DNA from: Octopus vulgaris
Taxonomy: Eukaryota
Length of the DNA stretch: 64,000 nucleotides
Direction of reading: 5' to 3'
NCBI GenBank assembly: GCA_951406725.2
Contig: OX597816.1
Location: forward strand, 155,744,001-155,808,000
The notes under the pieces were generated by a model. It had not been told where the DNA came from. It was given only the letters and a program-made list of their open reading frames with translations, and ran no database searches. Shown here in pieces: positions 27,195 to 40,434 of this stretch (positions are counted from its first letter, which is position 1; every line of letters starts with the position of its first letter). A program made the translations under genes and the position numbers.

Positions 27195-27481
27195 CAGGGG
27201 GTCTCCAACAAGTAGGCAACAGACTAGTATCAGATCAGGATCATTTGGTGTTGGGGCACACCAAAAGAATAAATTTCAATATTTTATTTCTATTTTGCAG
27301 ACTATTGCAGTCTACAAAATATTTTTGCATTATATATGCAATATATATGTATTTAATATGTAATAATTAATTACATATTATGCATGTTATTGTGTTCTGT
27401 AATGCATATGATCCTCAAATCCATAGAAAAATTGTCTTACATGAATCCAGTCTGTGATGCAAAAAAGGTCAGGGACCATTG
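27195..27481. mobile_element. hAT/Charlie-type MITE (duplicate at ~58262-58526)
   Basis: Ends cagggggtctccaac ... aaaaaggtcagggaccattg; imperfect 8-bp TSD atttaaaa/atttgaag. Confidence 0.65.
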
Positions 27482-28199
27482 ATTTGAAGCATTGCTAAGT
27501 TGGTTTTTTAGTGTTAAGAGCAATTTGATTTAGGTGACATTTAGCTGTGATTTCTATGTGCATTGTTCCTTTGTTGACTCATCTTTTCCATATGTTTGTG
27601 ATGTTCCAGTGTAATTGTATCCAGAGCACAGTTTCTGATTCTCAAATGCATGGTTCATCACCTGCTGATATGCTTATTTTTCTATATTATATATAGTCTG
27701 TTACAAAATGCATCATTGGCACTAAATATTTCAGGGTTTTTAATAATTTCTTCAGAGTCTTTTTGTGATGTGGTTCAGGATGGTAATTTTTCGTTTGTAC
27801 ATCAGCATCAAACAAAGATGAGGCCCATTACTTTGTGAGCCATTAAGGAGAATCTACTTACTTATGTATTACTGAGAAAAATCAAATATCAATTGAGAAC
27901 AGTTTCATAGTATTAGCACCTAATTTGAGAGAGAAAAAGAAATAGATAGATAGATTGATAAATAGACAGACAGACAGAAAATATGCATTATTGTGTAAAC
28001 ATTGATATGCTAACTCAATAATAACTAATCTTAAACTATTGGTTATAAATTTATTGTTTGACCATATTGGTAAAAAAGTGTTGATTCAAAGTTGCAGAAA
28101 AGTAACAAAAAGAGGTGCCAGAGGTTGTGATGATTAATGACAATTGCTTCTGCAACAGGCACAAAACCTGAAACTTTAGAGGAGAAGCTAGATAGAATA

Positions 28200-28880
28200 A
28201 TAATTATAAGTTTTATACACTGTTCTCTCTGGAAAATGCATATTTGGTGCGGTGGTTACATCTTGGAATTTTCTCATGTTTATTTACTAGATTTTCATTA
28301 CTCAGTAAAATACTAAGTGCTTCCTCAAGGCAAAGGTCACATTTTCCGGATAGTAAAGTACATGGATATACATTTTTTAAGTTTGACCATTCTATTTGGT
28401 ATTTAATTTTTGATTATTTCAGTCCCCATATGAGGTCTGCCAGCAAGGTCATGTGTTGTCTATTTTTTGGAATGACAAGATGTAGTTTCGATAATGGACT
28501 TTGAATTGGTTTCAGTGGCTCCTATGCACACTTAATTATGTTGAGATGTGTAGATTATGCATTTATATACTATGTTTTTTTTGAGTACAGTAGTTCAGGA
28601 GCAGACATGCGGATTTTCTATGGCATGTGCAGTTAATCATATTCTTATTATTTTTATGTTTATCTGGCGTCTTTTTGATTCTGTTTCCATGATGCATTGT
28701 TTGATTTCTAGTACTCAAGTCTTTGTTTAATTGGTAATCTGTTTTGTAGGATTTTTTTGATGATATGTTTTAACTTTATTGTCCCCATCTTTTATGCTAT
28801 CTGAGATTTTTGCAGTCTATCTGTTGTTTATTTTGGTTATTGGTGTTAAATTCTGTGTAGTTTTGATTTGTTTGTTCTCT
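28200..28880 (-). mobile_element. Penelope-like element, GIY-YIG endonuclease C-terminal region (decayed)
   Basis: Minus strand reads CTCHRKSACLLLNYC..IVYKC..LIWGLK..IEWS..KCDLCLEEA..LVNK..CNHR.KY. Confidence 0.75.
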
Positions 28881-28927
28881 ACCAGCACACACACACACAC
28901 ATATAAACAACAGGATATCAAGAGGTG

Positions 28928-29015
28928 ATGCAGTACTACCGTTTCAAGCTGCTCCATTTAATTGAACAATGCAATCATTGCATCAATTTAAATGCAGGGC
29001 TAGCCTCAGCTGCAT
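28928..29015 (-). ncRNA. Hammerhead-like motif next to the Penelope GIY-YIG relic
   Basis: atgcag-CTGAGGc-long helix II-GAAAC-ggta-GTA-ctgcat; 6-bp perfect helix I, core A9 mutated. Confidence 0.5.
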
Positions 29016-29490
29016 AAATAAATAAATAGAATTTTTAATCAGTTGGACACATTAATATAGTTTTACTCATCTATTCTAATAGAGCAAGAAGATGGAAAGT
29101 GTTCATGTTGCCACTAATGTAGCTAAGAATATACTACACTTCTAAGAATTGTATTAAGTTTGTTGGTGTCATAGCTAGTAAAGGATTGTGGTTCATTTTT
29201 AATTTATTAGTCTTTTTATCAATTACCAAATCTAAGATTAGAGGACTATGTCAGTTTAGAATGGAGGATAGGAGTGAGTTGACAGCACATAGCTGGGTAT
29301 GGTCATAAATATTGTCAAAGTTCCTAGGATTAGTATAAAGTAACAGTCTATAAAGGAGGTTGGGTAGAAGAAGACCCCAAATCAAGATGTTAATTAAAGG
29401 GGCAAGATGCTAATAAAACCTATGATGTTAATACAGAGGAAATTATCATAGGGTACTATGGGTGATTGCATATAAACAATATTATTATGT

Positions 29491-29585
29491 TGTATAAAGC
29501 TAAAATTTAAGATTATTAAAAATGATATAACAACCATTTTGATTACAATATCATTTTTAATAATCTTAAATTTTAGCTTTATACA
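29491..29585. repeat. Perfect 38-bp inverted repeat with 19-nt spacer
   Basis: Arms 29491-29528 and 29548-29585. Confidence 0.9.
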
Positions 29586-29859
29586 TGATAAAATGTGTAT
29601 ATATACAAATTTTCAATGTTAGATAAGGAAGATTACATAGAATTAGTTTAATATTCATTCATGTACTGAATTATTTACTTGTTAGGTGGTTTCTATAAAG
29701 ATTCCTCTGGGTATTTTTACTCGGGGCTGCTGCTTTTACTCATGCTTTTGCTAAGTATAGCTCTCTGGGAATATTAGTCAGGTATTGATCATCTGGCTGC
29801 CTCTTCAATCTGTGCTGATTTTCTGCCAATTCAACACTTTTCCAGTTTCTTTTTCATGA

Positions 29860-30624
29860 CCTCCTTTATGCAGATGACTGTGACTTAGTCACTCATACAG
29901 TGGATACCATGCAAAAACTTTTGAATCGTATTTCTGCTTCTTGCAAGGCATTTGCACTCAGCATTAGCCTGGACAAGACTGTTGTAATGTTCCAGCCTAC
30001 ACCAGGAAACCCATATGTGGAACCAGCTATCTCGGTTGAAGGAACAATTCTGAAAGCGGTAGACAAGTTTGTCTACCTGGGCAACACATTCAGCTGTTCT
30101 TTCTCCCTGGATGATGAAATATCTTTCAGACTGCAGAGAGCAACTAATTCCTTCCAGTCTTTTGAGTCTCATGTCTAGTCCCAGCATGGCATCACAAGGC
30201 AAACAAACATTGCTGTGTACTGTGTAGGTGTACTGACATTGCTCCTTTACTCATGTAAGACATGGACCCTTAACAAACGTCATGTAAAGGTTCTTGAATG
30301 CTTCCATCAGAGATATCTGAGGCATTCTGAATATTGAATGGACCTTAAAAATTCCAGACAAGCAGGTCTTGAGGAATACTGATATCTTGAGTATTGAGGC
30401 AATGGTGCACAAGCACCAGTTATGTTGGACTGGTCACCTTATTAGAATGAAGGATCCATAAACAGATGCTATATGGGGAACTTGTTAGTAGAAAGAGACC
30501 CCAGCAGAAACCAAGACTGATTTGCGGACGGTGATCATGTCCTCATTAATGGCCTTTGATATGCAGGAGACCAACTGGGAGAGCAATGCTTATCCATCAT
30601 CTCAAATGGAGGAGGCAGGTTAAG
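29860..30624 (+). mobile_element. Older RTE/BovB-like LINE fragment, different family
   Basis: ctcctttatgcagatgac (LLYADD); MQKLLNRISASCKAFALSISLDKTVVMFQP..KFVYLG..LDDEISFRL; downstream W-GHL motif; stops and frameshifts. Confidence 0.8.
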
Positions 30625-32278
30625 GAGCTATGGAACTTTTTTCTCTATGTCTCATCTTCAGCTTAAGCTAATTCATTTTCATCTTCTGCATCTCTTTGAT
30701 TTCCAGTCACAGTTTACCATCCATTTAAAGCCTATATTTGATGGTAATCATGGTGATTGATTGCTGCAATCAAAATGAAGATTCTGGCACTGAAGATTTT
30801 CTTTTGGCAGCACTTGATGTCTGCTGTTGTTGTTGCTAAGTCTACTTTTGTCTGCCCACCCACTTTTTCTCTACTTTCTCTGTTTCTCTTGACATAAAGC
30901 AGAGGTGGCTCTTACTGTCTCATGTACAGCAACTGAACTGAACTCTATACTGTAGCATCAGACAAAATGCCTTCCTTTCTTTTGCTGCTAAAACAATGTG
31001 GTACAGTTCTGGAATCATTTTGCAGTATTTAGAAATGGAGGAGGTGAGGACTAGCATAGGAATTCGTATATGCATATAGTCACACCAACACATTATTTCT
31101 GTCAGCTCAGCACTTATAACTAGTGTCATAAATATAATGATAAACTGAAGATCAGTGTCTAAAACAATGGGTTTGTTGTACTCTTTGTGTTGTGCCTTCT
31201 CAAACCCTGCAGCATGAGGCAGCAGGCAAATGTGTGATGCACTACCTTCACTCATCACTTAAATCTATCATTGGTCTCAAAGACTGAATTCACACACCTA
31301 TATGACTCTACCTTGGTTAATAGAGCAAACGTCATTTCACATACATTGGGCTGACCTTCTTTCAAGTGTGCCTTTGGAAGCCTAAGAAAGCCATCTCTGT
31401 ATTTAAATGTATTTCTTGAACCAGAGGAGGGTATGTCTTTCCTCTTCTCAGAGCTGGCCTATACAGGGTGATTAGTAGTGCTAGCAAAACAGTTACTATT
31501 GCATTTACTATTAATTTTATTTGAAATATTGATGCTTCCTTTTTGTTTACATTTGTAGAAGCACAAATATTTGCTGTGTTTGCTTGTTCAAGTATATTCA
31601 CTTTTTTCCCCAATATCTGACAATGCAATGCAAGGAGAGAATTAACAAAAATGTTGAGTGAATGGATGAGATAATAATAACTGGTGCAGAAATAATACAA
31701 GAAAAGACTTACTCATATAGTAAGTGAATGTAGCATGTAGGCACAGAAAAAAATCAAGAAAAGACATAATAACCAAGGCAGAGTAATCCACTGGGAGTTA
31801 TGAAGAAAGTTAAGATTTGGTCATACTAATAAATGGTATGAACATGAACCTAGTAAAGTACAAGAAAGTAAGAAATATAAGATGTTGTTAGACTTTACAT
31901 TCAGAGTGAGAGTGTAATAGAAGCTAGAAGGTCTGATTTAGTAGTAGTAGATAAAGAGAATAGAAAGTGCCAGATAATTGACTTTGCAGTCCCAAATGAT
32001 AAGAAAATCAAAATGCGAGGTATAGAAAAAATAGCAAAGTACCAGAACTGAGCTATTAGACTCTGGAAAATACAGGCAAAATGTATCCCAGTAGTTATAG
32101 GTGCATTAGGAACTATCTCTAAAGATTTGAACAGCTGGATATAGGAAATAAGCATAAACCCAGTTTAGTACAGCTCCAGAAAACAATGTTATTAAGGACA
32201 ACTAGGATACTTAGAAGGGTTCTTGGAATCTAAGGTTACTTGTTGTAACTTGATGTTAGGAATTTCTCTTTCCAACAG
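30625..32278 (+). repeat. Segmental duplication block A2 (copy at 62305-63967)
   Basis: Colinear from gagctatggaac to tccaacagt; matching ORF-track peptides 30920..31258/62606..62938 and 31362..31700/63049..63477. Confidence 0.92.
31710..32278 (+). mobile_element. R4/Dong-type 3' end, more decayed duplicate of 63395-64000
   Basis: Colinear with the 63.4-kb copy, with extra stops and deletions. Confidence 0.85.
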
Positions 32279-32606
32279 TGTGTTGAAAGGAATTCTTGGA
32301 GGTTTAGATGATTTGCCTTTGGAAACATGGGTGGTTTGTTCAACATCCTTAAACAACCTTTATTCAGGGACCTTTTGAGTGGGATGGGCTACTCAACCAG
32401 AAGAAAATTCTAGCTGGGCCTCACCTGCAAGGTCATGCACTGTTTATTGTGATATGAGATCACCATGTCATGCACATATGGTTGTGATGTATGTGCCTGG
32501 TGTACCCTTATCAGACAGGTAGTCCTGGTGGGTATATTCGGCTTTGTATATTTACTCCAGTGTCACTTTGGTGGCATGAACTGCTCTCTCACTCAATGAT
32601 GATAAT

Positions 32607-33094
32607 CATCATCATCATCATCATCATCATCGTTTAACGTCCGCTTTCCATGCTAGCATGGGTTGGACGGTTCAACTGGGGTCTGGCAAGCCCGAAGGCT
32701 GCACCAGGCCAGTCAGATCTGGCAGTGTTTCTACAGCTGGATGCCCTTCCTAACGCCAACCACTCCGAGAGTGTAGTGGGTGATTTTATGTGCCACCGAC
32801 ACAGGTGCCAGACGAGGCTGGCAGACGGCCACGCTCGGATGGTGTTTTTTATGTGCCACCAACACAGGTGCCAGACAAGGCTGGCAGACGGCCACGCTCG
32901 GATGGTGTTTTCTTATGTGCCACCGACACAGGTGCCAGACGAGGCTGGTGAACGGCCACGCTCAGATGGTGTTTGTTACGTGCCCTCAGCACGGAGGCCA
33001 GTCGATGCGGTACTGGCTACGGTCACGTTCGGATGGTTTTCTTATGTGCCACCGGCATTGGTACCACAAGGATACAAATTCCATTGATGTTCAT
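32607..33094 (-). mobile_element. Young 5'-truncated RTE 3'UTR insertion with 10-bp TSD, about 80 bp upstream of the FKBP ATG-exon acceptor
   Basis: Near-identical to the reverse complement of 8870-9352; flanked by tgatgataat at 32597-32606 and 33095-33104. Confidence 0.88.
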
Positions 33095-33182
33095 TGATGA
33101 TAATAATAATAATAATAATAATAATGATAATAATAAAGCATTTATGTCAATTCTCTCTTTTTTGATCATTCTGCAGATAAAA

Positions 33183-33397
33183 ATGAAGAGGTTACTACAA
33201 AACATTATTCTGCCACTTACTTTCCTGTGCATTTTGGTGACACTATGTCATTGTGAAAAAAAGAAAGAACCCCTTGATGATGTGAAAATTGAAATATTAA
33301 AGAAATCTGAAAAATGTGAAAGGAAAGTGAAACGAGGGGACTTGTTAAAAGTGAAGTATAAAGGATACTTGGAGAATGGAAAAGTTTTTGATGATTC
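33183..33397 (+). CDS. FKBP14: FKBP14/FKBP7-like ER PPIase, coding exon 1 (signal peptide + start of FKBP domain)
   Basis: Acceptor (polypyrimidine..ctgcag) ends 33176, ATG 33183. Reads MKRLLQNIILPLTFLCILVTLCHC (signal-like) then ...CERKVKRGDLLKVKYKGYLENGKVFDD. Donor GTAAG at 33398, phase 2. Symbol is family-level (FKBP14/FKBP7). Confidence 0.93.
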
Positions 33398-34986
33398 GTA
33401 AGATTCTTTTTTTTACTCATTCAGTCTTCATTCTTTCTTTCTATTTTCTTTCTTTATATCATCCTTTCTGTCTTTCTGTTTATATTATCCAGTTTATCTG
33501 TATGTCTCGAGAGACAATGGATCTGCACCCAAAATGTTTCTCTTCAATGCAAAATGGAGAAAAATATTTTGTTTATGTGTATATGTGATTGTGGATATGT
33601 GTGTGTGTGTGAATGCATGTGTGTAAGACCAATAGCTGTTATATTCTAAAAGTCTTCCCTCTCCACACCATTGATGTTGTCCCAGGGTGGGACAAGGATG
33701 AATATGACATAGCTCTAGTGTCATGGCAAGTGTTATCATCTCAATACAATACAAAAAAAGATGAAAAAAATGACTGGAATTGCTATTGGAAGGTATGCTG
33801 TGCAATACTCTTACAGTTTATTCCACCCACTTCAAACAGTTACTTAGTATTTTTGACTCTGAAAGGATGAAAAGTGAAGTTGGTTTCTTTGTAGAATTTG
33901 AATTCAGAGTGCAGAGACCTGGTAAATGTATCATAGGCTATTCTATCCAATATTTTAATGTTTCTTGAATTCACCAGCTTTTTTATATGTAAAATTATTA
34001 TGAAAGTTTTGTGAAGAAAAAACCACAATAAAGTGCCCTCCTGTACATAGTTACATACCTTTATGACTGATTATAAATTTGGTTGGGGTTCATTTTGTCT
34101 TTCATCCTTCCAGAGTCTGTAAGATATGGACTATGCCAAAGAACATAATTAAAGGATCTGGTACTTCATTTATGCCAAACATTCTGTATTTTGACTATAT
34201 GGTGAAGTTAGACATTATGGTGTTGTTTAAGAAAGAATTGGCTACTACTTCTACCTGGTCAAGAAAGCTTGTAAGGGTTTTGTCCTTATTGTTTTATCCT
34301 TGTGTGTGTGTTTCCCTGTGTGTGCTTACTTCCTTGGTGACACAGTTGTGACTTCCTGTATGTTGGCAATGGGCACTTCTGATTGGTGAAAATTGCATAC
34401 GTTTAAATACATTTTTATAATTAATTTCTAGTGAAAATGAATATGACCTTTGTCCTCAGAATGCAAAACTTCCTCAAAATATTTGAAAATATTTGGGGTC
34501 CTTTCAGGAAATTTTAATGGTTGGAAAAAATTTATCAAGGTCAGATTAATATCTTTTACTAGTATATGCATGTCAAATTACCCATACATACAATGCTATC
34601 ATCAGTAGGCTCATAGAGAACTGTACAAAATGAACGAATTCATACCCTCTGATTATTTAAAGTAACACTAGAACATTTCATGACCAATTGAAAAGTTACA
34701 ATGTATGTGTGCATTTTCTGCATGTGCATGCATGTATATATATTGTCCACATAAAAGCACATACACACACACACACACAAATCTATGTATGTATATTGTA
34801 CACACAAAAGCACATACACACACACATTCAAATCTGGAGAATCTACTAGAGTAGATGCAAGCACTAACATATGATTTATAAAAACGTGACATAATAAAAA
34901 TCTGTAAATATAAAACCATCCAGATTTCCGAGTACCTTATTTCTTCTATACAGATATATATATATAGATATATATATATATATATA

Positions 34987-35448
34987 TAGGGTTGGCAACT
35001 AAGTTCCCAGCATTGTTTTAAATTTAAATTTTTTAAAGGTTTAATAAAAAATAACGACTAATTAATCATTAATGCATTCACCTTTGTTGTTTACAACTTC
35101 TTCCCAATGTTCAATAGGATTTTCAATACCTCGTTGGTAGAAATCACCCGATCTCAGTTCCAAAAATTGATCCAACCAAGCTCTCAATTCTGCATCAATG
35201 TTGAACGAAATTCTGCGCATAGCATTTGAAAGAGATCAAAAGAGATAGAAATCTGTTGGTGCCAAATCAAGAGAGTACTGCATGGTGTGGCAGCACTTCC
35301 CAGCCATGCATTTGAATGACTTCCTTAGTCATATTGGCGATATGAGGGCAGGCATTGTCATGCAGCAGAACTCCATGCTGCCAATTAGGTCTTTTCTCTT
35401 GAATAGCCATGATGAGTCGCTCCATCTGTTGAATGTAGAGTTCCGCGT
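34987..35448 (-). mobile_element. Mariner transposase 3' relic (FKBP intron 1)
   Basis: Minus strand LLHDNA.PH and YSLDLAPTDFYLF; TIR-like end at (TA)n. Confidence 0.75.
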
Positions 35449-35946
35449 TAAATGGGATCTAAAAGACCACAATAAACAATTTAATTTAGATTGGTTGATT
35501 CTCTCAATCTCAATACCTTATGACATAGGCAAGGAATTCTGTCTTCTCTGTTATTCTGAACTATTTTTTAATCTTTTTTCTAAAAATCCCTTTGTAAACA
35601 TGCTTATAGAGCGTGCATACCAATGTAAACATTGGCAGAAGCACACCTTTAGTTCATATAAGTGATATTTATTATTATATATAATTTAAACATTAATTTT
35701 CTTCTTACATTTCACATTCACTAGATATATCTTTTTCCAAGTCTATATGGTTTTATTTAATATACATATAGTTATATACTTCTCATTTATTTAGTTTTTC
35801 TTTCCTTTATCCCTCCTCTTTCTATAGGCTACCTTTGACATTATATCCTATAACGTTTTTTTGAAACAATCTTAATAGCAATCAGTTAATCACTATACAT
35901 ATCTATCATTTTCTGTTAAAATGTCTTATTGATGAGTTTCATTTCT

Positions 35947-36040
35947 TCACTTCCCTGAAGAGAAGATTACATTGTTTTACACGATTTTATTCCTTTGGAA
36001 TAATACCAGTGATATCCTTGAAATGTGTGTCGAAAGTAAA
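35947..36040 (+). ncRNA. Hammerhead-like motif
   Basis: cacttcc-CTGAAGA-gaagattac..gtgatatcctt-GAAA-tgtgt-GTC-gaaagta. Confidence 0.55.
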
Positions 36041-36233
36041 AGAATTTGAATAACACCTGCGTTTAACTCCATTTATTTATTTATATATACACAAAATATT
36101 TCACGTTAACCCGAAGTTTGTACCTTTAAAAACAAGGAGTTACAACCTTTTTACTTGTGTGATGTTTTACTACCCTGGTAACTATTTATATATTTTTTCC
36201 GTGTTAATTGTTAACAATGGAAAAATACACACA

Positions 36234-36278
<45 letters not shown>

Positions 36279-37350
36279 ATATATATATGTATGTATGTAT
36301 ATATATATGTATGTATGTATATATATATGTATGTATGTATATATATATGTATGTATGTATATATATATGTATGTATGTATGTATATATATATATATTTAG
36401 ATAGATATGTGTGATATAAATCCATGAGTGTAGGTGGATTTTTAGTACTGACGTGTAAGAACAGGAGTAACTCTGAGCGTTGTTAGTAGATTGGTACTTG
36501 TTTTACTTGTTCTGTTGACTGGTGCTCATAGCAATGAAAACAACATTTATTTTTTTCACTGTCTTTTGTAACTGATTTTATCTCTGAGAAAACTATTCCC
36601 ATATTCAAAATTGAGCCCAACCCATGCTAGCATGGACAAGGAACATAAAATTTTGATGATAATGATGTACCTTTGTATCAATGTAAGAAAAGAAACCATT
36701 TATATTTATAAACACACACACACATGTTGTTGCTTCACTGTTCAATCAATGACACTAACAGGTTCTCACTTTCACACGCAAATTTTACAAAAGCAAATCG
36801 TAAAGACATTCAATGGAAAGTGTTGGAAACCAGAGTGAACAGTATATTAGATTTTCAGACACTGCTGAAAATATCCCAATAGTTTCTTGTTTTGAAATAG
36901 TTGCTTATAGGCATAAGAACGAATTATTTGCAGAATGGATTTATGAAAACTAGGGCCTGAATGTAACCAAGTCAGTGAACATATCTGCAAAGAAACCAAT
37001 ATAAATTTACATGTATGTTCACAGATTTGTAGCTTGGTAGTTTGATATAATGCTGGTGCTCTTTAGTGAAATACACCTGACTACTAAATACACACAAACA
37101 CACACACACACACACACACTACTAGTAGTAGTGGTAATGGTTGATATAACTAACTGTGGTAATAGTCTAGCTTTTGTGATTTTGAAACCATATATTCTCT
37201 TTACACTGAAACCTTTGAAGTAAACTAGATATGAGCTTTACTTTGTCACTTCTGCTAATAAATTCATTAAGCTTGACCTAACATCAGATGTACTTTATCT
37301 GCAGTCTGAATGTGATCCATACTGAAAAATGACTTACACACACACACAAG

Positions 37351-37395
<45 letters not shown>

Positions 37396-37404
37396 ACACA
37401 CACA

Positions 37405-37775
37405 GGAAGGATTACAACAGGCCAATTCATTTCCGGACGTGGGCTGGTGAATTACTTTACCGCCCATCTTTCCAGCAAGATCCGTCTGGAGAGGAGGAGC
37501 CTGCCACGAAGACTATTTGGAAAAAGATGGGCGGAAATAGTAAGAAAGTTGAGAATACAAGGAACCGTGCTTTGCATGGTCGGTCCAGATATAAAAGGAT
37601 GGAAATAATTACCAGAAGGAAAAAAAAAATACTGTTATAAAAGTATCATTTAAATTTTTAACTTTCATATCATCTGTTAAACCCGTTTGCTTTAATTTTG
37701 TGTAATGAGTGTGTCTGGCCTCTATATGTCCCTTGTCTGTCCCCTCTATGTATCCTTTTTATAGGAAATAAAGAA
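37405..37775 (+). mobile_element. Possible L1/Tx1-like LINE 3' end next to (CA)n
   Basis: One frame reads KIRLERRSLPRRLFGKRWAEI; ends near aataaa. Confidence 0.35.
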
Positions 37776-37999
37776 AACATGTTTTTATTGTTTTCAATTA
37801 AAATTTTCATTTGAAAACTGACAAACACAACCACCTCTTTATCACCACTCAGGTAAACCTCACCTTGTTATTTTCCTCCCGCATAACCTACCAATCTTGT
37901 TAACAATGCATTCACCACCAGCATGGTTTCCAATTAGCTCTTCCTAGTTCTCATACTTATATACACAAACATTTTTTCTCACAGTCTGAAGAAGTCACA

Positions 38000-39940
38000 T
38001 TAGTGATACTAATATGTCAAAGCAAATATATTTGTAATATAAAATATCTTTTACAGTTCATGTATTCTTTATCAAATAATGTTTCAACTCAAATTAACAT
38101 AACATGATTCAGAACAAGTTAGCTTTAATTGCACAAAGTTCTTACTTTGACCTCAAGGGGAATCAACTGAAATTCCTTAACGATTCATTAATTAGATTGA
38201 TAAATCTATCAACAACAGATTTGTGTACCCTAAAGAAAAAATATTTAGGATTCTGTCAGTCCAAAACTAAGATATAACTTTATCTTTGTGAAATATTACA
38301 AATACTGTTAACATGTGATTTGATAAAATCCAAGAGAATAGTAACTTTTCTTCCAACTTCAATGTTAATTCCAATTTTATTTCAAATACTCCTGAAACCA
38401 CCCTTATTATTACATTAAACTAAATCTTTAATCTAGATAATGTATCCAAAATTGAAATCAATTTGCTTGTGACAAAATCTTTTCTTACTTAAAAATGGTG
38501 CTACATAGATAAAAAAAACTAATTACGATTCCTTCAGCATTAGAATGAGCTCCGAAGATTCTGCTGAAGTTAATGATGTGATTGATTATGTTCTAAAGCT
38601 GTTTGATGAATAGACTGGTGGTTAATATAGATTTAAAGGAATACTCCTACTTTGTAATTATAAGGCCTTGTCAACTGATAAATTTATAGAAAGAATCTGT
38701 AACATCTTAAAAGTCCAGGCTCCTCTTACACTGTTCAAGTACACATTAAAACTGTCAACTTTCTTGGTGTCATTCTGAACTTTAAAATTCTGTATATAAG
38801 CCATTTATGAAACCCACGGAAAAACTACAATATATACAGATATCCTCAAACCTATAGTAACTTTGCTGACTTGGTGAAGAATGTTTACCTTAAACTATCT
38901 ACCATTTGTCAAATGAATTTTAACTATAAGGCACAGGAGTGGCTGTGTGGTAAGTAGCATGCTTATCAACCACATGGTTCTGGGTTCAGTCCCACTGCGT
39001 GGCACCTTGGGCAAGTATCTTCTACTATAACCTCGGGCTGACCAAAGCCTTGTGAGTGGATTTGGTAGAAGGAAACTGAAAGAAGCCTGTCCTATATATG
39101 TATATATATATATGTATGTGTGTGTATATGTTTTTGTGTCTGTCCCCCCAACATTGCTTGACAACCGATGCTGGTGTGTTTACGTCCCCGTAACTTAGCA
39201 ATTTGACAAAAGAACCCGATGGAATAAGTACTAGGCTTACAAAGAATAAGTCCTGGGGTCAATTTGCTCGACTAAAGGTGGTGCTCCAGCATGGCCACAG
39301 TCAAATAACTGAAACAAGTAAAAGAGTATAATCTCAAAACATGCAACAACATACTGTCAATAAGTAGATACCACAAAAAAGGTAAAATACACCCAGAATA
39401 TGAGGACAACCCATGGTTTATTTCACCACTTCACTGTTTCAATCTTCTTGCTAAATCATCTTTAAGCTCACACAGAACATTTTCCACCCACTTGCAGATA
39501 TCACATACTACTAAAAAATGCTAAACAGCTAACAAATGTAAAAGCATATTACCTACTACTAACTAATGCAAATTTTCTATCTAATTTAACAAATTTCACT
39601 CTTTTAATTTTAATATCTTTGTCTGAACCAGAAACAACTCCTGTCATTTTGAACTAAACCAGACAGCAAAACAACTAACATGCTGAACCACAGTTGGCAC
39701 TGACTCTATGAATATCACCTACAAAGGTCTCATAGTAAAATGCTTTGATAAAATTTTATTAGCACTTCTATACATTTTGTAATCTTCATAGGAAAAGATA
39801 TACTTACTGAGCTAAAGTGGCTCCCAAAAGACAGGAATATGTCATAAAATTAACTGAAAATTAGTCATTAAACACTATTCTAGTCGTAAAAGCTCTGTGA
39901 AAATCGTATCTCAGAACCGTTTGAGAAAATTCTATATTGA
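38000..39940 (+). mobile_element. Highly decayed Penelope-like RT/EN relic interrupted by a SINE (38928-39330)
   Basis: Remnant motifs FSIRMSSEDSAEVND, VNFLGVIL, KPFMKP, PWF; no long ORF. Confidence 0.5.
38928..39330 (+). mobile_element. tRNA-derived SINE with central microsatellite (representative; full or partial copies at ~5350-5595, 6490-6895, 14255-14785, 17265-17420, 19130-19445, 20750-20960, 41307-41725, 48955-49165, 49308-49740, 53613-54020, 56690-56850)
   Basis: A box tggctgtgtgg, B box ggttcagtccc, CORE-like caccttgggcaagt, (TA/TG)n middle, conserved 3' half ending gaaacaagtaaaagag. Confidence 0.85.
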
Positions 39941-40348
39941 CTAGTTTTTCTTGATCTTGTAATTAAGACTGTTCTACACACATACATACATACATACATA
40001 CATACATACATACATACATACATACATGTACACACACACACATAAATACATACATGCTCACTTGCATGTATAACTATGTATTTGCATGTGTATATGTGTG
40101 TATGTGTTCTATTGTGCGTGTGTATATATCATCATCATCATTTAACGTCCGTTTTCCATGCTAGCATGGGTTGGATGGTTTGACCGGGGTCTGGTAAGCC
40201 ATGGAGGCTGCACCAGGATCCAGTCAGATTTGGCAGTGTTTCTATAGCTGGATGCCCTTCCTAACGCCAACCACTCCGTGAGTTTAGTGGGTGTTTTTTA
40301 CGTGCCACTGGCACAGGAGCCAGCTATGTATGTATGTATATATATATG

Positions 40349-40434
<86 letters not shown>

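Larger units (their letters stand above)
26155..28171 (+). repeat. Segmental duplication block A1 (copy at 57452-59296)
   Basis: Long colinear similarity, including matching ORF-track peptides 27650..27838 and 58721..58909 and a shared MITE. Confidence 0.92.

Noticed and set aside
32650-33182. ORFs 32650..33087 and 32780..33097, and the N-terminal extension of ORF 32973..33401
   Set aside because: Antisense reading of an RTE 3'UTR plus (TAA)n; the real exon starts after the acceptor at 33176.
38928-39010. tRNA genes at A/B-box motifs
   Set aside because: No complete cloverleaf; these are heads of multi-copy SINEs.
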